This document shows, piece after piece, positions 31,782-41,012 of a stretch of DNA of 64,000 nucleotides. The position numbers and the translations under genes are program-made. Positions within the stretch are counted from its first letter, which is position 1. Each line of letters begins with the position of its first letter. Under the pieces are notes generated by a model that saw only the letters and a program-made list of their open reading frames with translations, ran no database searches and was not told the DNA's origin. The DNA lies in contig CAVRQT010000002.1 in NCBI GenBank assembly GCA_963723515.1, positions 736,001-800,000 of the forward strand, read 5' to 3'. This DNA is from Vulcanimicrobiota bacterium. Its GTDB lineage: Bacteria; Vulcanimicrobiota; Vulcanimicrobiia; Vulcanimicrobiales; Vulcanimicrobiaceae.

Positions 31782-33403
31782 ATGCGTCGCTTGATCCGCG
31801 CGCGCGGCGTCGCCGTGCTGCTGTCGTTTGGACTATTCCTCGCTGCATGTGCGCCTGTCGCTCGCCACGCGCCAAACGATCAGCTCGTCATTGCGCAACA
31901 GCGGGAACCGATGGCGCTCAATCCCGCGCTTGAAAACGGTGCCTCCGCGACCGAATGGGGACTGCTGCTCTTTCAATACTTGCTCAAATTTGACGATCGA
32001 GGGCGGCTAATCGCCGATGCCGCCCGCGAAGTGCCGATCTCTGCAAAACGGCGGCATTAGCCGCGATGGTCGCACGATTACGTACCATCTGCGCTCCGGA
32101 TTGCGGTTTGCCGACGGCGTTGCCGTAACCGCGGCCGACTGCGTCTGGTCCATTGCGGCGATCAACAATCCGCGCAACAACGTGCAAAGCCGCTATGGCT
32201 ACGATCGAATCATCCACGCCGATGCGCCGAACGACAAGACGCTCGTCTTGCGCCTGCGCGCGCCCTTTGCGCCGCTCCTTACGCTGGTGCTGGCGCCGCA
32301 AGGCTTTCCGATCCTACCGGCGCATCTGCTCGCGCGGTACCCCGACTTCAACCATTTGGCGTTCAACGCGCAACCGATCGGTTCAGGGCCATACGTTGTC
32401 GTCAATTGGCAACACGGCGACCGCGTTGAGATGCGGGTCAACCCCTATTACGGCGGCGAGAAGCCGCACATCGCACATCTGACCATTCGCTTCGTGCCGG
32501 ATCCGCAATACCGCCGTCAATCTCCTGCAAACCGGTGAAGTCGGCGGCTTCTTCAACGATGAAGATCTTGGAAATTATCCGATACTGCAACGGATCACCG
32601 GTGTGCGTGTGAGGAGCACGCCCTTCAATGCAGTCGGAGCGATCATCTTTAATACGCGCGATCCTTTGACGAGCGATGCTCGCGTTCGTCACGCGCTGGC
32701 CGAAGTGATCGACATTCCCGCCATGATCGCGAAGGCGTATCGCGGCGCGCTGACGAGTAAGGCTGCGGGCCGCGGCCTCTTCATCTGGGCATACTCTCCG
32801 GCGGCCTATCCCGATATTCCAACCGATCCGCAGCAAGCCGCGCGCTTGCTCGACTCCGCCGGCTGGAAACTCGGCGCGGACGGCATACGTCGCCGCGACG
32901 GCCGGCCGCTGGAACTCTTGTTCATCATTCAGGCACAGACGCCCGGCGATCAGATCATCGGAAGCTTCGTCGCTGAAGCGGCGCGCAAGATTGGCGTTAC
33001 CGTCACGCTCAAGCAGTACAACATCACGCAGTTTGTTGCGCCGGCAAACCTCGGCGGCCCGGTATATGGCGGAAAATTCCAAATGGCGCTCTATCCGTTC
33101 GTAAACGGCGATGATCCCGACGTGACGGATCAGTTTGCGTGCCGAAATGTTCCGCCGAACGGTTACAACAAGTCGCGCATCTGCGATCCGCAGATCGACG
33201 CGCTGCTTCGTGCCGGAAGAGAGACCTACGACATAGGGAAACGCAAGGCGATCTACATGGCGTTAGAGCGGCGTCTCTACGCGGAGTTGCCGATTGCGCT
33301 GATAAATCAGCGCCGCGAAGTGGATGCATTTACACAACGGCTGCAGGGACAGACCACCTCGCTCTCCGGCGCCTTTTGGAATGTTGCGCATTGGCGACTT
33401 TAG
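31782..33403 (+). CDS. peptide ABC transporter substrate-binding lipoprotein, family 5 (frameshifts near 32035 and 32505)
   Basis: LAAC lipobox, NGGISRDGRTITYHLR..FADG, PIGSGPY, LLDSAGW. Confidence 0.88.
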
Positions 33404-33477
33404 TCGCTTTGAAGAGGAGCAAGCAGGCCGAATAGCAAGCAACTGCGCCTGCAAAACCGAAACATATCCCTTCGTAG

Positions 33478-35298
33478 ATGACAGCTGACACCAAAACCAA
33501 CGACTTCACGCTGCGCATCGCAACGGTCAACGGTTCGGGAAGTCAATCTTCAAATCTCGTTCTGACGAACGCGATCTTTCGGCTCGGTATACCGGTCGCG
33601 CCGAAGAATGTCTTTCCTTCGAATATCGAGGGCCTGCCGACGTGGTTTGACGTGCGCGTTTCCGCGGACGGATACCAATGCCGAACGCGCAACATCGACA
33701 TTCTCGTCGCGCTCAACCCGACGACTTGGCACAGCGATGTGCCGGGCGTCAAACCGGGCGGCATGATCGTGTACGATTCGAGCTTCGCGCGTACCGGCGT
33801 GACGGAACGCGCCGATGCGACGTATTATGCGGTTCCCTTCACCGAACTCGCGAAGACGCGGATCGAACAAGGTGCACTGCGCAAATACCTGACCAACATG
33901 ATCTACGTCGGCGTGCTCGCGGAGCTCCTCGGTGTCGATCTCGAGGTCGTCGAGCAAGCGGTGCGCACGCAATTTAAGAGCAAAGCTGCTGCCGTCGAGA
34001 GCAACATGATGGCGGTGCGGCTGGGCGTCGACTACGCGCGCGAAAACTTTCAAAAACAGAACACGTACCAACTCAAACCGCTCAACGGCAAAACGCAAGG
34101 GCAACTACTGCTCGACGGAAACAGCGCCGCGGCGTTAGGATGCATCATGGGCGGTTGCACGGTCGCCGCGTGGTATCCAATTACGCCGTCATCGTCGCTC
34201 TGCGAAGCGTTCATTTCGTATAGCGATAAGTATCGCACCGATCCAAAAACCGGCGAACGGAAAGTTGTCGTCATCCAAGCGGAAGATGAGCTCGCTGCCA
34301 TCGGAATGGTTTTCGGCGCAACCTGGGCCGGAGCTCGGGCGATGACGTCAACATCAGGGCCGGGTCTTTCGCTCATGGCCGAATATGCTGGTCTTGGCTA
34401 TTTTGCCGAGTTGCCCGGAGTGATCTTTGACGTGCAGCGCGCCGGGCCGTCAACCGGCTTGCCGACGCGCACGATGCAAGGTGACGTCCAATTTGCGTAT
34501 CTGCTCTCCCACGGCGACACGAAACATATCGTCATCCTGCCCGCCACGGTCCAAGAAGCGTACGAGCTAACGATGGACGCATTCGATCTGGCCGATCGGT
34601 TTCAAACGCCTGTCTTCGTTCTCAGCGATCTCGATCTCGGCATGAACAGCTGGATGACGCAGCCTTTACCGTATCCGCACAAGCCGTTCCATCGCGGCAA
34701 AGTGTTGCGCGCAGAAGATCTCTCGGCACTCAAATCATGGGGCCGCTATCGCGATATCGATAAAGACGGGATCCCGTATCGCACGTTGCCCGGTACGGCA
34801 CATCCGAATGCCGGCTTCTTCACTCGCGGTACGGGCCACGACGAGGAAGCGCGATATTCCGAGTCGCCTGAGGTCTGGCAACGTAGCCTCGACCGGCTGT
34901 CGCGCAAACATGAGACCGCGCGCGCGCATGTTCCTGATCCGGTGATCGACGAGACTGGGGCAGCGGCCGCAATCGTCGCCTACGGAACGACGCATCATGC
35001 GGTTGTCGAGGCGCGTGACCTGCTGCGCGACCAGGGGTTGGAGCTGGACTACCTGCGCTTGCGCGCGTTGCCGTTTTCCCCCGAAGTTGCGGCATTCATC
35101 CAGCGCCACGAGCGTGTCTATGTCGTCGAGCAGAATCGCGACGGTCAAGTCTACGGCATTTTGCGTCAAGAGCTGCCAACACACTTGGTTTCGCGGCTCG
35201 AGTCGGTGCGGCATTACAACGGCGTGCCGATCGATGCGCATGCAATCATTGAACCAATCTTTGAAGCGGAGCGCGAGCCCGCGGTCGCTACGGAGTAA
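33478..35298 (+). CDS. 2-oxoacid:acceptor oxidoreductase alpha subunit
   Basis: NGSGSQ, YPITPSS, QAEDELAA, TSGPG, QRAGPSTGLPT, VVEQN. Confidence 0.95.
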   Translation: MTADTKTNDFTLRIATVNGSGSQSSNLVLTNAIFRLGIPVAPKNVFPSNIEGLPTWFDVRVSADGYQCRTRNIDILVALNPTTWHSDVPGVKPGGMIVYDSSFARTGVTERADATYYAVPFTELAKTRIEQGALRKYLTNMIYVGVLAELLGVDLEVVEQAVRTQFKSKAAAVESNMMAVRLGVDYARENFQKQNTYQLKPLNGKTQGQLLLDGNSAAALGCIMGGCTVAAWYPITPSSSLCEAFISYSDKYRTDPKTGERKVVVIQAEDELAAIGMVFGATWAGARAMTSTSGPGLSLMAEYAGLGYFAELPGVIFDVQRAGPSTGLPTRTMQGDVQFAYLLSHGDTKHIVILPATVQEAYELTMDAFDLADRFQTPVFVLSDLDLGMNSWMTQPLPYPHKPFHRGKVLRAEDLSALKSWGRYRDIDKDGIPYRTLPGTAHPNAGFFTRGTGHDEEARYSESPEVWQRSLDRLSRKHETARAHVPDPVIDETGAAAAIVAYGTTHHAVVEARDLLRDQGLELDYLRLRALPFSPEVAAFIQRHERVYVVEQNRDGQVYGILRQELPTHLVSRLESVRHYNGVPIDAHAIIEPIFEAEREPAVATE

Positions 35299-35308
35299 CT
35301 CAAACCTT

Positions 35309-36340
35309 ATGGCAAGCAACGCACCGCCCGTCAAACTGAACCTCGCCGGCCAGAGCCGCGAAGTCTACAAGGGCTTACCGACGACGCTCTGTGCCGGATG
35401 CGGACACAACTCGATCACGAACCATTTGATTAAGGCGCTTTACGAGTACGGCGTTGAGCCGCACAAGTTAGCGAAGATGAGCGGTATCGGATGCTCGTCG
35501 AAGACGCCGGCGTATTTCGTCGAACAGGCACATGGTTTCAACGGTGTGCACGGCCGCATGCCCTCGGCAGCAACCGGCGCGAAGGTCGCTAATCGCGAAC
35601 TGCTGGTTCTCGGCATCAGCGGCGACGGTGATACCGCAAGCATCGGCTTGGGACAATATTGCCATTTGATTCGCCGCAACGTCGATATGACGTATGTCAT
35701 CGAGAACAACGGCTGTTACGGGTTGACCAAAGGGCAATTCTCCGCAACAGCCGATGTCGGCTCGGTACAAAAACGCGGCTCCGTCAACGAATATCAGACG
35801 ATCGATGTCTGCGGCATCGCCATTGAGCTCGGCGCGACGTTCGTCGCGCGTTCGTTCTCAGGCGACGGGAAGCAGTTGGTGCCGATCTTACAAGCGGCGT
35901 TTTCGCATCGCGGTACGGCTGTGTTGGACATCGTGAGCCCCTGCGTAGCGTTCAACGATCACGTCGGCTCGACGAAAAGCTATACCTATATCAAAGAACA
36001 TTCGTTCACGCTGCATACACCAGACTTCATCGCGCCGGCGAAGGAGATTGCAGTCGATTACGAGCCGGGAGAGGTGCAGCAAGTCGAGTTTGAAGACGGT
36101 TCGCGCATCTTGCTGCGTAAGGTCGGTCAGGATTACGATGCAACCGATGCATTGCGAGCCTTGCAGACGGTCCACGAGACGCGGGAGCGCGGCGAACTAG
36201 TAACGGGGTTGCTTTTTGTGGACCCGAAATCGAAAGATTTTTGCGAGCGCGAGCATCTGCCGCGCAAGCCGTTGGCGTCGTTGCGTGAAGCGGATTTGCG
36301 AATGAGTCGCGAGGAGTGGAACAACTTGATGGCCGTGTGA
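35309..36340 (+). CDS. 2-oxoacid:ferredoxin oxidoreductase beta subunit
   Basis: CAGCGH, SGIGCS, HGR, GDGD, NNGCYGLTKGQ.S, SPC. Confidence 0.95.
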   Translation: MASNAPPVKLNLAGQSREVYKGLPTTLCAGCGHNSITNHLIKALYEYGVEPHKLAKMSGIGCSSKTPAYFVEQAHGFNGVHGRMPSAATGAKVANRELLVLGISGDGDTASIGLGQYCHLIRRNVDMTYVIENNGCYGLTKGQFSATADVGSVQKRGSVNEYQTIDVCGIAIELGATFVARSFSGDGKQLVPILQAAFSHRGTAVLDIVSPCVAFNDHVGSTKSYTYIKEHSFTLHTPDFIAPAKEIAVDYEPGEVQQVEFEDGSRILLRKVGQDYDATDALRALQTVHETRERGELVTGLLFVDPKSKDFCEREHLPRKPLASLREADLRMSREEWNNLMAV

Positions 36341-36401
36341 GGCGGCGGCTCGCTGCTAGGATGGGTATAACGCTACCGTCCCTTCCACGAAAGGAACTGT
36401 C

Positions 36402-36737
36402 ATGATACGATCTCTACGAATACTGCTCGCAACCGCAACAGCGGTTGCACTGCTGACTCAGGCGGCCTTTGCAGCTGTCTTCTATGGCATCACCGTGCAT
36501 GTTTCGACAACGAACCTCAAAGTGCACGATCCGAAGTCTGGTCAAACGTTGGGCTTTACCGTTACGCCGAAATTCAAGAACGTCTTCTCGCAAGACGGCA
36601 AGACGACGTACCAAATGAATGCGATCAGGGCCGGACAATACGTGAAGGTCTACTACGATCAGCACTTCATCGGCATGCGCCATGCCGACAAGATCTACAT
36701 ACTGACGAGCCACAACTACAAGATGGGCGCTCAATAG
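36402..36737 (+). CDS. hypothetical small secreted protein (OB-fold-like)
   Basis: AAGGA RBS, signal peptide ending AFA, beta-rich mature part. Confidence 0.7.
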   Translation: MIRSLRILLATATAVALLTQAAFAAVFYGITVHVSTTNLKVHDPKSGQTLGFTVTPKFKNVFSQDGKTTYQMNAIRAGQYVKVYYDQHFIGMRHADKIYILTSHNYKMGAQ

Positions 36738-36781
36738 AGCCCATCTGACACCTTTCCGGGCGTTCGGCGGTAGTTCCGTAC

Positions 36782-37258
36782 ATGAACCGACTATCGCCGA
36801 ACGCTTCTTTGTGGCTGACGCTCGGCCGAGTCTACCTCGGCGGCTACTGGCTGATTCACGGCCTCTCGAAACTGCTCAACCATAGCGCTCTCCGGATCCC
36901 GACGTCGTATCATGGCGCACTCGCGGGGCCGATTGCGCAGAACCTCCGATGGACTGAGCCGACGATAGCGGTCGGCGAGACGCTGATCGGCGTGCTGCTG
37001 ATCCTGGGCCTGATGACGCGGATCAGCGCCCTCGGCGCAGCCGCTTTAGGCGCCGGCTTCCTTTTGATGAAGGGCGGTTACGCCGATTACACGGTCTTGG
37101 CGACGAGCGCGGCGGCAGTGACCGTCCTCGCGCTGGTCATTTGTGCCTGCGCGCCCGGCTTAGGCGTCGACCATCTCAGCCGCTATGTGCGCGAGCGAAG
37201 CGCGCAACGCGTGCAGCGCGTTCGCGCCACACCTGTTGACGTGGCGTGGCCTGATTAA
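36782..37258 (+). CDS. DoxX family membrane protein
   Basis: GRVYLG...HGLSK, GETLIGVLLILGLMTR, GVD. Confidence 0.8.
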   Translation: MNRLSPNASLWLTLGRVYLGGYWLIHGLSKLLNHSALRIPTSYHGALAGPIAQNLRWTEPTIAVGETLIGVLLILGLMTRISALGAAALGAGFLLMKGGYADYTVLATSAAAVTVLALVICACAPGLGVDHLSRYVRERSAQRVQRVRATPVDVAWPD

Positions 37259-37998
37259 GAAGCGGCAGGCGATTCGCTGGAAAGGGACGCGGCGAATTGC
37301 CCGACGATATCGCAGAATTGCTTGGGACGGCGTAGTGGAAAAACGTGGTCGGCCCGGGCGATGGTCGCTAATAAATCGCGTTCGCGCGGTACGAACTCCG
37401 GCGCTCGCATGCGAAAGAGAACGTCCCATTGACCGTTGACAACGCACACCGGTTTTTCGTAAGACGCTAACATCTGCCGGAACGGCAGCGTACTGAATTC
37501 GCGATAGGCTTCTTCAAATGCGCGCGGATCGAACGGGCTCGCAATGATGCGTTCTGCCAAATCGCGCGGCAACGTTGCTTTGAAGAATGCCGTGCTGCCG
37601 AATTCGAACAGTCGTGCGGGGAAGCGCATCTTCATCGTCATGAAGGTGCGAAACGCAAAGCGCCGCCAGGCGGCGGGATCCACCGATGTTCCGCAAAGCA
37701 GCAACGCGCGCGTGTCTTGCGGCCGATCGTTCGTTAAGAGAACGCCGACGTAGCCGCCGAGGCTGTAGCCGACGATCAGCGGCGCGCGATCGAGCACCTC
37801 GGTCGTAATGTGGCGCAATTGTCGATCGAGGTTTTCACGCGTGAATGGAACGTCGGCGAGCACGCCGTGTCGCGGAAGATCGATCGTGACAACACGAAAG
37901 CGCTCTCGCAAAATCGTGACGTGTGGAACCCATGAGAATCGTCCGAGATGGATGCCGTGAATGAGCAGAATCGGAGGGGCCGTGACCGGCCCCTCCAT
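37255..37998 (-). CDS. alpha/beta hydrolase
   Basis: LIHG, DLPRHG, GYSLGG, NGQWD, ADH; start could extend to 38058. Confidence 0.88.
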   Translation of the reverse strand: MEGPVTAPPILLIHGIHLGRFSWVPHVTILRERFRVVTIDLPRHGVLADVPFTRENLDRQLRHITTEVLDRAPLIVGYSLGGYVGVLLTNDRPQDTRALLLCGTSVDPAAWRRFAFRTFMTMKMRFPARLFEFGSTAFFKATLPRDLAERIIASPFDPRAFEEAYREFSTLPFRQMLASYEKPVCVVNGQWDVLFRMRAPEFVPRERDLLATIARADHVFPLRRPKQFCDIVGQFAASLSSESPAAS

Positions 37999-38026
37999 CG
38001 AGTACGATTCCGCTAAGCGGGATGCG

Positions 38027-38455
38027 TCAAGCGGCACGAACGCGACTTCGCCAGCCACCGACGATTGCGCCTACGATGGCGAAGCCGGTGACGGGAATCG
38101 CGGCATTCATCAGCCACAAACCGAGCGGTCGCCGTTCGAAGACGTACTCGGTCAGCAGGATCGTCGCAAATATTCCGATGCCTATGAAGAGTGCAAATCC
38201 TATGCCATGCTGGGCCGTAGGACGCGAGCTGTCCGCAAGCGCAATGGCGGTGACGTATGCTAAGACAAGCGCCATGATGAAACCGACGATATAGGGCGCG
38301 GGTGTCGGACCCATCGCCGCGCGCGCATTTGCTCCGCTCGACCACCCGACGAGCGCCATCCACTGATTGCCGAAGACGGTATACCAGATCCCTTGCCAGA
38401 TGAAATACGCGATCGCCGCCACAATAACGGCGAGATAATTGATGCTTCCTCGCAT
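38027..38455 (-). CDS. DUF1761-like membrane protein
   Basis: INYLAVIVAA...IWY..FG..W, FERRP..LWL.N pattern. Confidence 0.75.
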   Translation of the reverse strand: MRGSINYLAVIVAAIAYFIWQGIWYTVFGNQWMALVGWSSGANARAAMGPTPAPYIVGFIMALVLAYVTAIALADSSRPTAQHGIGFALFIGIGIFATILLTEYVFERRPLGLWLMNAAIPVTGFAIVGAIVGGWRSRVRAA

Positions 38456-38466
38456 GCTCTTTCCCC

Positions 38467-38592
38467 TTATGCCGCGGGTTCTTTAGACAGTGCGGTTTGC
38501 TCTACCGCTCGCAGCTCGTTGCGAGTCGATGGCAAGAGAAGCCATGAAACGCACAGTGCGATGAAGGCAAGCGCTGCAACTGCGACGTCGAT
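38467..38592 (-). CDS. candidate 41-aa single-TM small protein after amtB (ATC start)
   Basis: GAGGAGG RBS 8 nt before ATC; IDVAVAALAFIALCVSWLLLPSTRNELRAVEQTALSKEPAA*; fills the intergenic gap. Confidence 0.5.
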   Translation of the reverse strand: MDVAVAALAFIALCVSWLLLPSTRNELRAVEQTALSKEPAA

Positions 38593-38609
38593 TTTCTATC
38601 CCTCCTCTC

Positions 38610-39839
38610 TCATTGCGTATATGCCGCTTCCGCGTGCTGGCTCAAATCGAGGCCGAGTCGCTCTTCACGCTCGCTGACGCGCAGCGACGTTACCAGCATG
38701 ACGAACTTGAGAATCACATATGTCCCAGCGCCGGCGAACAACCACGTTGCCGCGACGGCGACCAGTTGCGTCAAGAGCTGCTTCGGATTGCCGTAAAGCA
38801 GTCCGTTTGCACCGGAAGCATTGATCGCAACGGTTGCAAAGATGCCCGTTGCAAGGGCGCCGACGGTGCCACCCAAACCGTGTACGGCGAAGACGTCGAG
38901 CGCATCATCGACGCGAATTCTTTCGCGGATTCCAACTGCCGCATAGCAGACGGCGGCGGCAACGCCGCCGATCAAGATCGCCGCTGCGGGCGTCACGTAG
39001 CCGGCTGCCGGCGTGATCGCCACGAGTCCGGCGACTGCTCCAGCCAACGCACCGACGACGCTAGGCGCGCCCTTGTAAGTCCATGCGATCGTCATCCAGA
39101 CGAGCGCGCCCATCGCCGCAGCCGTATTCGTGTTGATGAACGCCGAAACGGCAATCCCGTTTGCCGCGAGCGCGCTGCCGGCATTGAAGCCGAACCACCC
39201 AAACCACAGCAGCGCGGTTCCTAAGAGCACCATCGTGAGGTCATGCGGTTCTTTCGCCTCGCGGGCATGGAGAATGCGCGGCCCGAGCACTTTGGCAACC
39301 ACGAGTGCCGAGACGCCCGAGGAGATATGTACCACCGTGCCGCCCGCGAAATCGAGCGTGCCCAGACGCGCAAGCCAGCCATTGTGCCCCCAAACCCAGT
39401 GCGCCAGCGGATCGTAGATGAACGTTGCCCACAGCAACGTGAAGATGACAAAGGCCTTGAAGCGTTTTCGTTCTGCGAAGGCGCCGGTGATGAGCGCGGG
39501 GGTGATCACCGCAAACATCATCTGAAAAACGACAAACGCGCCGTGCGGGATCGTCGGCGCGTAGTTCGGGTTCGGTGCGGTTCCGATATTTGAGAGGCCG
39601 ATCCACCGCAAGCTTCCGATCAGCCCTTGCCAATCAGGCCCAAAGGCGAGTGTGTACCCCCATAAGACCCATTGCACGCTGATCAAACATAAGATGAAGA
39701 AGCTGTGCATCAGCGTGGAGAGGACGTTCTTGCGACGCACGAGACCGCCGTAGAAAAATCCGAGCCCCGGCGTCATCAGCATGACGAGAGCGGCGGCAGC
39801 GAGGACCCAGGCGGTGTCGCCGCTGTCGATCTTGCCCAT
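38610..39839 (-). CDS. amtB: ammonium transporter
   Basis: MTPGLGFFYGG, FQMMFA, DFAGGTVVH, WFGWFGFNAGS, DDALDVFAVHG. Confidence 0.98.
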   Translation of the reverse strand: MGKIDSGDTAWVLAAAALVMLMTPGLGFFYGGLVRRKNVLSTLMHSFFILCLISVQWVLWGYTLAFGPDWQGLIGSLRWIGLSNIGTAPNPNYAPTIPHGAFVVFQMMFAVITPALITGAFAERKRFKAFVIFTLLWATFIYDPLAHWVWGHNGWLARLGTLDFAGGTVVHISSGVSALVVAKVLGPRILHAREAKEPHDLTMVLLGTALLWFGWFGFNAGSALAANGIAVSAFINTNTAAAMGALVWMTIAWTYKGAPSVVGALAGAVAGLVAITPAAGYVTPAAAILIGGVAAAVCYAAVGIRERIRVDDALDVFAVHGLGGTVGALATGIFATVAINASGANGLLYGNPKQLLTQLVAVAATWLFAGAGTYVILKFVMLVTSLRVSEREERLGLDLSQHAEAAYTQ

Positions 39840-39946
39840 AGATGAACGATAGCCGGTTTACGCAAGAATCGCATTAGACGCGCGACTAACGTTCCGCAGA
39901 TTTTTTCGGACAGGTGTAGGGTCCGCGCTGCTCGCGAGCCGAAGCA

Positions 39947-40453
39947 ATGCCACCCATGATGATTTTAGCGACGGCAGCGCTGCTCTTGAGCAGCGCACAA
40001 ATTGCTCAAGCGCCGAGCATGGCGCAATCGGTTGACACTCGCGGCCCGTGTCTTGACTCACCAAAGTCAGTGCCCAATGTGCTGGGCGATCCATTCGAAC
40101 GGACGAGCGAAGTCGTGCGTATCGACAAAGTCGTTTCAACCCGTACGATGATTGCCAATGAAGTGATCGGATTTCTCTATACTCGCCAAGACGGCAAGAC
40201 ATTTTTGGGCACGCGGACGGCGCCGTTCACTTCGCCGGCAACTGCCGCGCAGCTCAATGCGGTGCTGGCGTCGACGCACACTCCCGAGGTGAAAGACACA
40301 TCCTTTCCGCCGCAGACACGTCTGGGCGTCAAGACGAGCGGGCCTGCGTTCTTGGGCGTCAGGATTCCATCGTCGGCGTGGGACCCGTTGGGCATCCGCC
40401 TCGACCCCTGCGTGAGCTGGCCGTCGAGTTCGGCTTTGCCGGACCCGACCTAG
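39947..40453 (+). CDS. hypothetical secreted protein
   Basis: Signal-like N-terminus, two Cys; no family recognised. Confidence 0.6.
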   Translation: MPPMMILATAALLLSSAQIAQAPSMAQSVDTRGPCLDSPKSVPNVLGDPFERTSEVVRIDKVVSTRTMIANEVIGFLYTRQDGKTFLGTRTAPFTSPATAAQLNAVLASTHTPEVKDTSFPPQTRLGVKTSGPAFLGVRIPSSAWDPLGIRLDPCVSWPSSSALPDPT

Positions 40454-40482
40454 AGGCGACTGCCGGGCAAGGAGCTTTCGCT

Positions 40483-40509
40483 CTGGCACTCTCCGCATCC
40501 GAGTGCTAA
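40483..40509. promoter_or_regulatory. CIRCE element upstream of hsp20-lon
   Basis: CTGGCACTC-N9-GAGTGCTAA, overlapping the extended -10 TGcTAAAAT. Confidence 0.9.
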
Positions 40510-40580
40510 AATAGGCGGGTTATGGTGACCGTGACCTGCGCGCAGCGGGACGAAGCGACCTGTCCTGAGTTCGACGAAGG

Positions 40581-41006
40581 ATGACCTCAGAGAAGCTCGA
40601 GTTCGAGCGCCTGCTGGCCGATCTCACGCGTCGCATTCGCGGTCCGCACTGGTCACCGAACACCGACGTCTTCGTCGACGAAGACCGTGGTGAGGTGACC
40701 GTCAAGGTCGAGCTTGCAGAAGCGGATCTCAATCGGTTGCACGTCGGCGTCGACGACCGCTACCTGTTCATCTTCGGCCGGCGTACCGACGGCAGACGCT
40801 TCACCCGCGGTTCTTTCTTACAGAAGGAAATCGAGTACGGCGATTTTCTCAAGAAGATTCACTTACCGGTCGGGATCGAGCGCGAAAACGTTTCAGCGAC
40901 GTACGGGGCCGGCATGCTCACGATCTGCCTGCCGATTGCGACGCAGCAAACCGTACCTGCAAGCCGGACCGAGATTCGAATGATCGTCAAAAGGACACTC
41001 GCCTAA
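40581..41006 (+). CDS. Hsp20/alpha-crystallin small heat shock protein
   Basis: WSPNTDV, VKVELA, EIEYGDF.K.I.LP, ATY..GML.I.LP. Confidence 0.92.
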   Translation: MTSEKLEFERLLADLTRRIRGPHWSPNTDVFVDEDRGEVTVKVELAEADLNRLHVGVDDRYLFIFGRRTDGRRFTRGSFLQKEIEYGDFLKKIHLPVGIERENVSATYGAGMLTICLPIATQQTVPASRTEIRMIVKRTLA

Positions 41007-41012
41007 GAAATC

